A stretch of DNA of 63,792 nt, filler included, from Octopus bimaculoides (lineage: Eukaryota): the NCBI RefSeq assembly GCF_001194135.2. It is 6 parts of 6 records of this genome, joined end to end, with 100 filler letters (N's around TTAATTAATTAA, not from the genome) between each part and the next. Parts side by side here need not be neighbours in the genome. Positions count along the whole stretch, not along the records: positions 1 to 24,817 come from NC_068993.1; 5 more parts are not named here. One strand, 5' to 3'. Of the stretch, positions 1 to 13,306 are shown piece after piece. The position numbers and the translations under genes are program-made. Position 1 is the first letter of the stretch. Every line of letters starts with the position of its first letter. A model generated the notes under the pieces. That model was not told the origin of the DNA, did not search any database, and was given only the letters and a program-made list of their open reading frames with translations.

Positions 1-48
<48 letters not shown>
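1..48. repeat. (TA)n microsatellite (representative of dozens of TA, CA/TG, GA and TAA tracts; most internal N gaps are bordered by them)
   Basis: Direct inspection. Confidence 0.95.
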
Positions 49-58
<10 letters not shown>

Positions 59-600
59 CATGTACATATAAATTTATATAGTGCATGTATATATGTATAT
101 ATATGCATGTATGAAGGCGTGTATACAAACAGTCAGAACCTTTTAATGTGATCACTGTAGGGTGAATCCTTTTCGATAACAATACCTGGCTCATGACAAT
201 ATCCTTCTGAGAATACTTTATATATAAATTGCTTTGGCTGCATTCATTTTGATGAAAACTGCTCGATAACATAATCTGCGATTATAATGAATAACCAACA
301 CAATACATTTCTCATATCGAAAACAACAAATCACGTTTGGACATGTCACTGGCTGCGAGTAGAAATCATTGAAATAATCCAACATGGCTCAAACTGCATC
401 TGGTATTTTTACTTGCAACTTTCGGGATTATTTTTTGTCTTTTACCATTACATACTGTGTTTTTAAACGCAGCAGATCCATAAAAGATTATATCTCGTAC
501 GAAAAGCGCATGAGTTTCCCTGTCAACGGTTTATATAAATCGCTTTCAAATTTTGGCACAAGGACCGTAATTTCGAGTGAGCGAGAATGCTGATTTCATA

Positions 601-753
601 GACTTCAGTGCTCAACTGGTAACTATTTTATCGATCCCGAAAGAATGAAAATCAAAATTAACCTCAGCGGAATTTGTACTTGGAACATAAAAACGAACGA
701 AAAGCCGCTAAGTATTTCCCCTGACGTGCTGCCAATTCTGCCACCTCGCCACC
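601..753 (-). mobile_element. Diverged SINE copy
   Basis: Reverse complement of the head and core consensus. Confidence 0.7.
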
Positions 754-992
754 TTAATGTTGCATGTATATTATGATAGAAAGATGGCTAAGTTGATTTA
801 ATGGTGCTTCAGTTATGTTCATCACATATGTAGGTATGTGTACATACCACTCGTGAGCACGAACGCACATCTATATAGAAATATATATGTATATATAGTT
901 ACAGGCGCAGGAGGAGTGGCTGTTTGGTGAGAAACTTTGTGAGTTCATTTGGTACGGAAACTGAAAGAAGCCTGTCATATATACATGTATAC

Positions 993-1043
<51 letters not shown>

Positions 1044-1870
1044 TATGTGTGTGTGTCTATCTGAGCATAAATATATATGTGTAAGTGTGTGTTTGCATGC
1101 AAGATGATTCTAAAGACCAAGTGACATTGTTCATTTGTTTTAGATACTCCATTTAAGCAAATTTAGGGATGGTTCATGTATAGTGGACAATCAGGTCTCT
1201 GGATGTGGCTCAGTGGTTTTGCTTTGCATTTCAAATAGTGTGACAGACTTCTAAGGTTGTGATTAGCTGAGAAATTCTGGTTCAGTTACGCTGGACATAT
1301 TCTCTACCCACGTAGGTTAATACATTAAATACAAGTAATGTTAACTTAATAGTCATTACAAACTGTAGGTGAAATATGACTACCACCAACAACGTAACAA
1401 ACTTAACCATAGTCAAATTTTTGGCCGATACAGCAACCATAGTCAAAACTACTGCTAGAAAAACAAATAATAAAACTAAGAGAGCGTATATATTCGTAAG
1501 TATTCCAATCACCCTATTCAGTTTTCTTCACGACTTTTGTAGCTGGTAAGTATTGAATATTTTCTACTCCATTTTCAAACAGAAACCTTCGACCGATACG
1601 CACCCCCACAACAATATTAGCGTGTAGTGGCGTTTCTGAGAATTCATTGTACATGAGGGTATAGGTCCTCTACTCTAGCTTTATAAAAGAGATAGGAAAT
1701 GCGAAATAGACTAGTTTATTCCAGCGCTCAACTAAGATGCATCCTGAAGTAAGCAAGATATTTTTTTTAAATTTAAGCGGCAAAACTGAGTTTAAATGTG
1801 GCCGAGGTCAAATTTGACTTTTATCCTTTCGAAGATGATGAAATAAGTAGCAGCTGAGCACTAGAGTCAA

Positions 1871-2057
1871 ATTCTTTTCTACTCGAGGCACAAAGCCTGA
1901 AAATTTGAGGAAGATGGCCAGTCGATTACATCGACCCCAGTATGCAACTGGTACTTAATTTATCGACCTCGAAAGGATGAAAGGCAAAGTCGGCCTCGGC
2001 GGAATTTGAACTCAGAACGTAAACAAATACGAAATACCGCATTTCGCCAGCTTGCCG
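1871..2057 (-). mobile_element. SINE copy, tail type B
   Basis: Reverse complement of the consensus with a head deletion; flanked by further diverged + strand copies at about 1750-1865 and 2150-2345. Confidence 0.8.
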
Positions 2058-3174
2058 TCTGCACTAGAGTCAAATTAAGACACTAAACCCGTTCGTCTAA
2101 ATTTGGGTCTTAAACCAGAATCTCAAAAGCATCATTAAACATAGTAAGTCAGTGACTTGGCAGGTTCTTTAGCACGTCGGACAAAATGCTTAACAGAATT
2201 TCTTCGATTCTTATGTTCCAAGTTCTAATGACACCGAGGTCCACTTTGCCTTTCTTCCTTTCAGAACGGATAAATAAATACCAGCTGAATACTGGGGTTG
2301 ATATAATCCACTTTCCATCCCCTTCAGCCGGAATTTGAAACCGTCATTATTCATTCTAAAAGTAGTAGCTTCTGAATAAATATTAGTTTTCTGACCGTCA
2401 ATAAAACTCTTTGGTAAAATACGGTATTAGACTTCTTTCTTTTCTCTTTCTTTTTTTCTTTTTGGCTACTTTGATGTTTTCAGTTAAATGTTTTTTTTGT
2501 ATTTATAATGAAACCGTTTAAAATTGAGTGAATTGTCTCTTCTCCGTGTCTCTTCCAATCTGCTATTCTGTTTCTTTTAGATTTGTTTCTATCCTCTCGG
2601 CTGCTACAGCGGCTTTTGTTGTTGTTGTTGTTGCTGTTAATTTTCCTGATGCATATGGATGAGTGGTGTTAGTATACACAGTTTATTCTTAACAAGGAAA
2701 AAATCTTTATGCGTGATAGACTATAGTTACACTCGAGACATAATCTTGTTTGGACATAATCACACATGTGTGCACAGCAATGGCTTCTCAATGAAAGGAG
2801 CCGCAGCTAGGTATGTTGGTGGTGGGAAGACGGGAAGTAGTAGCAAAAGCAACAGCAGCAGCTAATTTCCCATGACATAGAGTAATCTTCCATCTATTTA
2901 TCAGTAGCACTGATGTTGGCATATAACAGCTATCCATTACAACCTACCAACAGTTTTTTTTTTTTAGTCCAGCATAAGGTTATCCACATCCTGAGCCTGT
3001 TTTTAGATAAACTGGTTTTGCATGTCTAGAGATTAAGTTATTTTTTTATTGGAAAGAGTTGTCCTTGTTTGAAATAAATCTCTGACCTTCCATTCAAATT
3101 AAAACACGTACCACGGTTGGGTCTTACGCATGCTTTTACTGATGATTTGGTTGTTATTATGCTGTGAGATTTAA

Positions 3175-3400
3175 GGCGGCGAGCTGGCAGAAACGTTAGC
3201 ACGCCGGGCGAAATGCTTAGCGGTATATCGTCTGCCTTTACGTTCTGAGTTCAAATTCCGCCGAGGTCGACTTTGCCTTTCAGGGTCGATAAATTAAGTA
3301 CCACTTACGCACTGCGATGGATGTAATTGACTTAATGCTTTTTGTCTGTCCTTGTTTGTCCCCTCTATGTTTAGCCCCTTGTGGGCAATAAAGAAATAAG
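3175..3400 (+). mobile_element. Full-length tRNA-derived SINE (octopus OK-like family), tail type A
   Basis: Head GGCGGCGAGCTGGCAGAAACG (A-box), GAGTTCAAATTCC (B-box), core GGTCGACTTTGCCTTT..GGTCGATAAATTAAGTACC, tail ...GTCCCCTCTATGTTTAGCCCCTTGTGGGCAATAAAGAAATAA. Confidence 0.88.
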
Positions 3401-3598
3401 TAACGTTAGCACGCCGGACGATAATTCTTTGCGGTGCTTCATCTGTCTTTATGTTCTGAGTTCAAATTGTGCCGAGGTCGATTTTGCCTTTCATCCTTTC
3501 GTGATCGATAAATTAAGTACTAGCTGCATACTGGTGCTCGATCTAATCGACTGGCCCCTTCCCCAAAATTTCGGACCTTGTACCTAGAGTAGAAAAAA
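3401..3598 (+). mobile_element. Same SINE family, tail type B, directly in tandem
   Basis: Same head and core; tail GACTGGCCCCTTCCCCAAAATTTCGGACCTTGTACCTAGAGTAGAAAA. Confidence 0.85.
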
Positions 3599-3656
3599 TT
3601 GTTTTGAGACGTTTGCTCTGTATATTTATATATATATATATACAGCCATACATATG

Positions 3657-3786
3657 CCCAGTATCTACTTAATTCATCGACCCCGAAAGGGTGGAAGGCA
3701 AAGTTGACTTCGGCGGAATTTGAACTCAGAACGTAAGGACGGACGAAGTAATTTGCCCAGCGTGCTAACGATTCTGCCAGCTCACC
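3657..3786 (-). mobile_element. SINE copy (partial)
   Basis: Reverse complement of head, B-box and core. Confidence 0.75.
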
Positions 3787-3788
3787 AC

Positions 3789-3830
<42 letters not shown>

Positions 3831-4601
3831 TATTATTATTATTATTATTATTATCGAGTGATAGTGTAGTGTACAGGCTCTCTTGATGGCACTTGATTGG
3901 TGTTGTGTTTGTATAGCCCCCAACGCGGCTCCGACTGAGCAGAGTGTTCCATTAGTTGGCAATGCCTGGCGAAATTAATCTACTCACTTTCGCAAGACTA
4001 TAAGTTGATAGAAGTTTGGCTACTGTTTCTAACACGTTAGATGGCAACATAGACATAATCATGTTGGATCCTCTTTGTGAGGAAGAAAAATAAGCTCGTA
4101 CTATCACCGATACAACCAACAGAAACCTGAAGGATTTGAACCAGTGATCTGTTTGATGGTTATCCGCTGCATCTCTGCCTACTCCCATAAATTCATTATA
4201 TATTCATTGACATAAAACCAGCCAAGATAAATACTGAAAATATGCAAGTTAACTTGCAGCAAACTTACCAACAGCATCCATTGCATAGCAGCAGCTGAAA
4301 TAATCCGTATGAAGATTGATGTGTATTTTCATATATACTTTGCGTATAATATGGATTTGTATATGTGTGCATGCGTGGGTGTGTATTAAATAATAGAAAT
4401 ATATGTCTGCATATGCATGTATGTTTGTGCGGTTTATATGCGAGTGTTCATATATATGGATGTACATACATATACATGTGTGTGTGTGTGGGTGTGTGTG
4501 TGTGTGGGGTATGTATTTATATAAATACATTTTACATATATATATATATATATGTGTGTGTGTTTATACATATATGTGTGTATATATATGTATATATATA
4601 G

Positions 4602-4651
<50 letters not shown>

Positions 4652-4931
4652 ATATACATATATATNNNNNNNNNNNNNNNNNNNNNNNNNNNNNNNNNNN
4701 NNNNNNNNNNNNNNNNNNNNNNNNNNNNNNNNNNNNNNNNNNNNNNNNNNNNNNNNNNNNNNNNNNNNNNNNNNNNNNNNNNNNNNNNNNNNNNNNNNNN
4801 NNNNNNNNNNNNNNNNNNNNNNNNNNNNNNNNNNNNNNNNNNNNNNNNNNNNNNNNNNNNNNNNNNNNNNNNNNNNNNNNNNNNNNNNNNNNNNNNNNNN
4901 NNNNNNNNNNNNNNNNNNNNNNNNNNNNNNN

Positions 4932-4967
<36 letters not shown>

Positions 4968-7130
4968 GCATAGACACAGACAAGCGCGCGTATTTGGTGT
5001 ATATATCTGTGTGTGTGGTGTACTGTTAAAGAAAGCGATGTTACTAAAGCTTTAAATTGATGGTGCATTGCGCAAGCAGTGCTGCATTATCAAACAGGTC
5101 GACCATGTTGGTTGCAGTTCATGATGATGATGATGACGACGACGATGATGTTGATGGATGATGATGATGATTTATGCCTGACTGTGCTAATCTGCAATTT
5201 AGTTTTATATAATTCGGACGGACTTTAAAACTATACAATCGTTGCTTCTAGTGCAATAAATATATTTAGATTTAAATTCTAAATTGCAACATATTTGTGG
5301 TCACTTGAGATTCCTACTCTGGCTCTGAGAAAGATAATTTTATAACCCGCTCTCTTTCAACTTCTCTGTCCCTCTCTGTCTCTTTCTCTTGGCTTTGTTT
5401 TGTCACATCTCTCTTCTTGTCTGATTATATATATATATATATNNNNNNNNNNNNNNNNNNNNNNNNNNNNNNNNNNNNNNNNNNNNNNNNNNNNNNNNNN
5501 NNNNNNNNNNNNNNNNNNNNNNNNNNNNNNNNNNNNNNNNNNNNNNNNNNNNNNNNNNNNNNNNNNNNNNNNNNNNNNNNNNNNNNNNNNNNNNNNNNNN
5601 NNNNNNNNNNNNNNNNNNNNNNNNNNNNNNNNNNNNNNNNNNNNNNNNNNNNNNNNNNNNNNNNNNNNNNNNNNNNNNNNNNNNNNNNNNNNNNNNNNNN
5701 NNNNNNNNNNNNNNNNNNNNNNNNNNNNNNNNNNNNNNNNNNNNNNNNNNNNNNNNNNNNNNNNNNNNNNNNNNNNNNNNNNNNNNNNNNNNNNNNNNNN
5801 NNNNNNNNNNNNNNNNNNNNNNNNNNNNNNNNNNNNNNNNNNNNNNNNNNNNNNNNNNNNNNNNNNNNNNNNNNNNNNNNNNNNNNNNNNNNNNNNNNNN
5901 NNNNNNNNNNNNNNNNNNNNNNNNNNNNNNNNNNNNNNNNNNNNNNNNNNNNNNNNNNNNNNNNNNNNNNNNNNNNNNNNNNNNNNNNNNNNNNNNNNNN
6001 NNNNNNNNNNNNNNNNNNNNNNNNNNNNNNNNNNNNNNNNNNNNNNNNNNNNNNNNNNNNNNNNNNNNNNNNNNNNNNNNNNNNNNNNNNNNNNNNNNNN
6101 NNNNNNNNNNNNNNNNNNNNNNNNNNNNNNNNNNNNNNNNNNNNNNNATATGAACGTACTGCATATATATTTACAAGTATGTGCATTTATATATATAATG
6201 ATTCAATCACCGGTAGTTCTGTTATAAGTGCTAATAAAAAGTAAAGTGGAAGGCCCCCATACTCTCATGTAAACACTATAATATTTATTTAATAGAAACA
6301 TCAAAATGTGCTGTATTCATATCAGTATTTCACAATATATTCCATCTACGGCGAAATAGGATAGCAATGCTTGCGGCACCGGTCGAAAACTTTTAAACTA
6401 TAAATTTTCACTTTCCTTAGTAAACTCGAAAATTAATGTCAACTGGTAATTCCTACATATTAGTAAGATAAAGTAGATCGAATTTATTTTTGAAATACTC
6501 TTAAGGTATGATGCGGCCAGGTCAAATATGGAGTCTATTCCGAATGTATTCGTCGGTGTATTATCCAACAGTCGTTTTAATCTTTGTTGAACTATGTTGT
6601 CGTGGCGTTAGTTAATGTCGAGATGATCCATTTCGCTGATAACTCTATTAAGTCCTTATTCAAGCAAGTTAAAATACACAGGCTTGAAGTTACCGTTAAC
6701 ATTCGTAAATATCTATTAACAAAGCATACATCGTCAAGATCAAACGATGAAATTACACATAATCCAGGTATTGCTACACATTTACTTAGAGTCTCAGGCA
6801 GGCTAATTATTATTTAGAGTATTCTATTTTCGAACCCTAGGATCCAGAAGGCCGGTTAGCTTGTTTATAAGTGAATAGATCACTCTGTGTTATTTAACGG
6901 AATGCTGCTTCCAGGGTTCTAAGCCAGCAAATTATTAGAAGGGACAAATCGATTAAATCAAACCTAATACGTGATAGTACTTTATTTTATCAATTTCGAG
7001 GGATCGAAAGACAGTTTTACCACGGTGGGATTTGAAGTCAGAACGTAGACAGGTGGAAGAATTACCGCTAAGCATTTTGTCCGTTTCGCTAACAATTCTG
7101 TTACTTGACCGCCTCACCATAAGATATAAA

Positions 7131-7487
7131 CTCGACTGTGTGGGTTACGAATGTCCATGGGTGCACCTAAAACGTTCCGCTCCGGAGTACAAGTCTGGGC
7201 GGAAAGTCGCCTTACCTCTGAATGCACAACCTAGGGTTGTTTTTATGGAAGACCAGCAGTCGCCCAAGCATACCAGCCTCTCCTCTCCACGCCACCGATG
7301 TTATATCCAAGGCAAAGGCAAAGGCCGATACAGCTTGGCACCAGTGACGTTGCAACTCATTTTTACAGTTGAGTGAACTGGAGCAACGTGAAATAAAGTG
7401 TCTTGCTCAACAACAGAACACGCAGCCCGGTGGTCAGGGAATCGAATTCACAACCTCGACTCTCTAACAACTGAGCCACAGCCTTCT
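7131..7487 (-). mobile_element. tRNA-head SINE of a second family (CORE/OR-type) with 14-bp TSD
   Basis: The - strand begins GGCTGTGGCTCAGTTG and contains GAGCAAGACACTTTATTTCACGTTGCTCCAG. Flanked by the direct repeat CCATAAGATATAAA at 7117-7130 and 7488-7501. Confidence 0.78.
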
Positions 7488-8980
7488 CCATAAGATATAA
7501 AGTTGTTCGATTAGTGAGTGAGTTGGAACAGTTTTTCGAGAGTCGGGTAGAATAATTTGCAGTATTCCTTGTCACTGGACGTCGTGGGTCCAAAACCAAC
7601 TGCGATCGGTTGTACCTGTTTAAGGTTTAGGTGTGTTGAATAAAAGAAAATGTAGCAATCTGAGGAAATAAATGCTCTGTAGTATTTGTTCTAGATCATT
7701 TTCGTTCTGCTTGGGTGGTGGACTTAGCTTGTTTTTCGATCTAACAGCACAACTTCCCATCTTGAGTGCCATTAGCGGAAACGATTGGGTATGTGGTTTG
7801 AGGTTACCTTCCCTTGAGCAATACCTCCCTTCTCGACTAAAACGAAATTTTTATAAATTGTTGATTCAAATTAAATGTTGTTTCAGTCGACAAAATTATG
7901 AGTCTCTAATACAATTATCATTGACTAAAATAGAACCATATCATCTCGCATTTATTGATCTCAGTGATAAAAGCCATCTTGATATATTCATTCAGCATTT
8001 ATTTTGGTTCTAAAGGGAAAGTGATATCATTTATATCCTTCAAAATGATTCAGAGTGGTGGACAGTTGGTATCCAGTTGAACTGAAGCTTGTATAATAGA
8101 TACTTCTGGATGTTATCCATTTGTGTGAGTGTGATGGTATGCTTTTATTTAAAACTTGGCACAACGCTCGCTTCAACTAATATGGTCTTGTCAAACAGCA
8201 TTGACAAGACCATATCGGTTGAATCGCTCGATACAAAGTTTTAAATAAAAGAATGTATTATGTATTAAGCTTAAAAGCAGTCCACTTCGATTGAACCAAA
8301 TTTGACGAAAATATTCAACGCGTACGACTGTGAGTGTGTGTATGTGTGTCTGCATGTCCGTGCGTGTGTGTTTGCGCGTGAGCGTGGGGATTTAGATATA
8401 CAAACTAGAGAGTAAGAAAAACCAATAGACACAGCGTTGCAACATTAAATTTTCAATTTCAAGCGAGCTCTTGTTTTCTCTCTCCTCTCAATCTATTTCT
8501 TCCTATATACATGTCTCCCCCTAGTGTTCGCAATTATTACAAGGCAGATAATTCTTTCTTCATTATATTTGGTGGGATTGGAAACTTGAATTTGCAATTA
8601 ATTGATAATAAGAAAAAAAATATTAAAATTTTTCTTATTTATTACGAATTTCCCACAATTTCTAGTCGCTGGTCATCAAGTATTATAATAGACTACGTTT
8701 CTAGCATAGCTCAGTAGTTTGTCAATTGTATGAGCTTGCCAAAAATCACTGCTACTTTCAGAATTTGGTGTGCAGTGCTCGATAGTACGTAGTTTTCCAT
8801 CTTGCTTGTTGTTGCTGTTCTTGTTGCTGGTGCTGGTAATAGTGCGTTAATATCCACTACGACCAGTGGGTCAATTCTCACATATCTGCGCTGGTTGAGT
8901 AACCATATGAATAAAAGCATTCTAGCCATAACTATCCTTGTCTTTTCCATTGTGCAGTGATCTGAGGACGATCACTGCAC

Positions 8981-9564
8981 ATTCTTTTGAGGAGGGGCCA
9001 GTCGATTAGATTGACTCCCGTACGCAACTGGTACTTCATTTATCGACTCCGAAAGAATGGAAGGCAAAGACAACTTCGGCGGAATTTGAACTCAGAACGT
9101 AAAGTTGTCGGTCAGTGTATAACGGGATAAAGCAGCGAGCTGGCAGATTCGTTAGCACGCCGAGTGAAATACTTAGCGGTATTTCGTCTGTGTTCACGTT
9201 CTGAGTTCAAATTCCGCCGAGGCCGACTTTGCCTTTCAATCGTTCGGGGTCGATAAATTAAGTACCAGTTGCGTACTGGAGTCAATCTAATCGACTGGCC
9301 CCCTCCTCAAAAATTTCGGGTCTTGTGCCTAGAGTAGAAAAGAATATTAAAAGGCGGCGAGCTGGCAGAATCGTTAGCACACCGGGCGAAATGCTTAGTG
9401 GTATTTCGTTTGTCTTTACGTTCTGAGTTCAAATTCCCCTGAAGTCAACTTTGTCTTTCATTCTTTCGGAGTCGATAAATTAAGTACCAGTTGCGTACTT
9501 GAGTTAATCTTATCGACTGGCACCCTCCCCCAAAATTTCGGGCCTTGTGCCTAGAGTCGAAAAA
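8981..9564. mobile_element. Cluster of three SINE copies: one - strand (8981-9101) and two + strand (9131-9348, 9353-9564)
   Basis: Each matches the head/core consensus with a type-B tail. Confidence 0.88.
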
Positions 9565-9951
9565 TGTATAATGGGATATATTATGACAATGTGTCCTTTA
9601 ATTTTTATACCGTATGTTCTAAGGTGAGTAAAAGTTGCCTGATAATTTTAGCAGGTCAAGCTTTGTTATTATTTCATCAATCAGTTGTCAGTCAGTTTAG
9701 TACCTTCTGTGACAACTACTGTAAAAATATTTGCCTAAGTTGGTTTTTGACATTGGCACGTATCGCTAAGTAGACAACGTAATCTTCTTCATAGTTGCCA
9801 ACAACTATTTTAGGAAAGACAGCGTGGGGTCAAAAGTCAACCCCAGTTGTTGTAGATTATCGATCGTCACAAATTGCTTGATGACGTGGGTATATTAGGT
9901 AGCCGAAGAAGTTGGTAACCTCTTTTTGATATGTTGACAAAATAGATTATA

Positions 9952-10179
9952 TTGGGTTGTTCGGAAAGTTCGTGCCGATTTTTGAAGGAAAGAAAAAGGT
10001 CAATAAATACTTGCCATTACATTTTTAATCAATCAAATATGAACCATTTTGTTGCACAATACGTCTCCATCTCTCCTTTAACTTGAAAATACTCTCTTCC
10101 CAGAATTGAGGTGGTTTCATGGCAAATAAGTCGAAAGGTAAGCTACTATAAATCGGCACGCACTTTCCAGACAACCTAA
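9952..10179 (-). mobile_element. Mariner-derived MITE (internal deletion)
   Basis: About 30-bp TIRs (ttgggttgttcggaaagttcgtgccgattt / aaatcggcacgcactttccagacaacctaa, 4 mismatches) with TA at the left end. The interior encodes, on the - strand, the mariner C-terminus FWEESIFKLKERWRRIVQQNGSYLID*. Confidence 0.8.
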
Positions 10180-12189
10180 TGTTTTCGACTATGGTTTNNN
10201 NNNNNNNNNNNTCATCAAAACAAAAATTCTCAACAAAATTCTCTTAAATATCAAAAACTGTAACATTGAAGATACAATGAAATAGGCGATTTTTTTTCGG
10301 TAAGAAAATCTGTGTGTGTGTGTGTGGTTGTGTGTATGTGAGTGTGTGTGTGAGTGTTTGTGTGAGTCTGCGTCTGTGTTTGTGTGTGTGTGGTTGTGTG
10401 TATGTGAGTGTGTGTGTGAGTGTGCAAGCGTGCAAGTGTGTGTGTATGAGCGTGTGTATGCGTGTGTATGCGTGTGTGTGTATGTCTTGGTAAGTGAGCT
10501 GGTTCTAGCTCTTGAACATTATTATATGTGTTTCATACAGTTCGTCGTATGCGCAAGGTATATATAGTATTTTTGTTGACACCTTTAGATTGATACAGTT
10601 GAAGCGCACGCGTCTTATAAATGCACACACAGACGCATGTATATATTGATAAAATATATATACGTATTTATGTATTGATATGTATATATGTGTATATATA
10701 TATGTGTGTTTGTGTGAGTGTGTATGCATATATATATATATATANNNNNNNNNNNNNNNNNNNNNNNNNNNNNNNNNNNNNNNNNNNNNNNNNNNNNNNN
10801 NNNNNNNNNNNNNNNNNNNNNNNNNNNNNNNNNNNNNNNNNNNNNNNNNNNNNNNNNNNNNNNNNNNNNNNNNNNNNNNNNNNNNNNNNNNNNNNNNNNN
10901 NNNNNNNNNNNNNNNNNNNNNNNNNNNNNNNNNNNNNNNNNNNNNNNNNNNNNNNNNNNNNNNNNNNNNNNNNNNNNNNNNNNNNNNNNNNNNNNNNNNN
11001 NNNNNNNNNNNNNNNNNNNNNNNNNNNNNNNNNNNNNNNNNNNNNNNNNNNNNNNNNNNNNNNNNNNNNNNNNNNNNNNNNNNNNNNNNNNNNNNNNNNN
11101 NNNNNNNNNNNNNNNNNNNNNNNNNNNNNNNNNNNNNNNNNNNNNNNNNNNNNNNNNNNNNNNNNNNNNNNNNNNNNNNNNNNNNNNNNNNNNNNNNNNN
11201 NNNNNNNNNNNNNNNNNNNNNNNNNNNNNNNNNNNNNNNNNNCATACACCCCTTCCGATATATATATATATATATATATATATATCGGAAGGGGTGTATG
11301 TATGTGACCCGTCAGTCATCTCAGTAATGGACTCCTTTCCTTACTAAATGTACGAGATAATCAAATAAATGAATAAATAAAAAATATTAAATTTGAATTG
11401 TCTTAAACGTGGCGGGAGCAGAATTATTTGAAGTAACAGGGTGTCGAATAACAGAACACTAAAATACAACTTTTTGTTTCGTAATGCTACATCAATAACA
11501 GTCATTGCAAATTCCCTAACCATCTACATTTGCTTGCGTATTTAGCTGTAAGTATCTGCAAATTACCATCATTCACGCGCAAAGCTGTCATTGGTTCCTA
11601 GAATATAACGCTATGTGATACTATAAATCTTTATAATCGGTGAGTGCTTTGTTAGCATGCGGTGTGGTACTGGAATGTTCTCGGCAGTATACCTTGGATA
11701 CAGATTATGACTTTAATGTTAATTTGCTCTCACATTACCTCAAGACGAAATGTTAAGCAGGCATAGCTGCATCGTTGCAATGTATTGTTATGCCAAACAT
11801 AAGTGATCTTTTGGCATATTATTAACTCAGTCATTGGATTGCGGTCATGCTGGGGCCCCGTCTTGAGGAGTTTAGTCAAACAAACCGACTCTAGTTTTTT
11901 TATTCTTTAAATCTGGAACATATTATATCGCTGTCTTTTGCTGAAACTCTAGTTTATGGGGATGAAAACAAACCCACATCGGTTGTAAGCGGCAGAGATA
12001 CAAATTCAAGCTCAAAGACATACACAAACGTACATACACACATTCACTCCACCCACATATATATGTATGTATATAATATATATATATATGTTTCTATGTG
12101 TGAGTGTCTGTGCGTGTTTGTGACTTTTTGTGTGTGTGATTCAGTGTGTGTATGCGTGTATGTAAGTCTGTGTAAGTGTGTTTGTGTAA

Positions 12190-12261
<72 letters not shown>

Positions 12262-12475
12262 AAAGAGAAGCCACTATAAGTGCTACTGGTAACCCAGTGC
12301 ATCTAACCTAGTAAGAATTGTCATGGTCGACCGCTGGCAACCAAACCAGCAATCCTACAAGTCCTGCTTGGTAAGGAGTGTAATTTTCGTTGGACAACTT
12401 GCAGATGGAAAAATAGCAACAGCGGTAGTAACGGCACAACAGTAACAGCACTAACAGGAGTGACATTACTGATCA

Positions 12476-12666
12476 TCCTTTCTACAATAGCCACTAGGCC
12501 TGAAATCTTGTGGAGGAGGGGGCTAGTCGATTAAGTCGAACCCAGTGTTTCACTGGTACTTATTTTTATAGACGCCAAAGGGATGAAAGGCAAAGTCGAC
12601 CACAGACGGACGGAATGCCGCCTAGCATTTCGCTCGGCGTGCTAGCGATTCTGCCAGCTCGTTGCC
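12476..12666 (-). mobile_element. SINE copy, tail type B
   Basis: Reverse complement of the consensus with an internal deletion. Confidence 0.78.
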
Positions 12667-13111
12667 TTAATCGAATTACTAATAACAACGGCGTCAAAAA
12701 ACAAAAAAAAAAGTAATCGCAATAATAACGAGAGCAGGAACAACGTTAATAGCAACATAGCAACGGCATCAACACCACCACAATCACCACTACCATCACC
12801 ACAACAATAACAATAACAACAAGAATGATATATTAATTGCTAAGCTTAAAACAACCCTATAAACACGAAAAGTATGAGTGAATGAAATTACACCTATACA
12901 TTACATTTTGACGGTCTATTTTAAGTGAGATGACTTCAAAAGAGGAAATGCACATTATAGAACCAGGGGCGATCTCCAGAGGTTTGATATAAGAATAGCT
13001 AGGTGATATTCTCGTAGCGTAAACCCTACACTATTCACAAATTTTCAACAAATAATCAGCCTTATCTTATGGTAATTTATTTTGTTTCACAATTGTATTT
13101 TGAATCTTTAG

Positions 13112-13306
13112 GCTTACAGGTTGAAACTGTATGGAAGACGCCATGTCTGGATGTTAAACGGAGGCTACACACCAGAGTGGTGGAGAGCAAAAAACGATAC
13201 GAACTGCTCAGAAGATCAACTAACTGAGGCGCTCCAGGGGTACTTTACAGTAGCTAGCATAAACGCCCTGTCAGGCAGTATGGGGATGCGATCTATAGGC
13301 GGACTG
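13112..13306 (+). CDS. GABA-B-R3: GABA-B receptor (class C GPCR, Venus-flytrap domain) internal exon, GABA-B-R3-like
   Basis: Acceptor tgaatctttAG at 13110-13111 and donor GTGAGT at 13307; 195 nt, phase 0/0. Translates AYRLKLYGRRHVWMLNGGYTPEWWRAKNDTNCSEDQLTEALQGYFTVASINALSGSMGMRSIGGL, matching the GABA-B AY..xYG...W.....Y...WW...C...L..A..GY pattern. Subtype is from recalled similarity to Drosophila R3. Confidence 0.88.

Noticed and set aside
3175-3290. tRNA-like A/B boxes as possible tRNA genes
   Set aside because: They are SINE heads attached to core and tail sequences, with no complete cloverleaf.
3988-4072. Minus-strand segment with good acceptor and donor (GSNMIMSMLPSNVLETVAKLLSTYSLAK)
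   Set aside because: Short, unrecognisable peptide; such splice-site pairs are expected by chance.
8711-8950. ORF containing RYVRIDP, reminiscent of a discoidin/F5-8C motif
   Set aside because: No other domain residues or splice signals, and part of the ORF is low complexity.
11243-11300. Perfect 58-bp palindrome CATACACCCCTTCCGA-(TA)n-TCGGAAGGGGTGTATG
   Set aside because: It starts exactly at a contig edge and is centred on self-complementary (TA)n, typical of a strand-flip assembly artefact.
1-13111. Search for upstream GABA-B exons (expected ..RII.G.F….ARK.FC)
   Set aside because: No matching frame found by eye; they may lie in N gaps or outside the segment.
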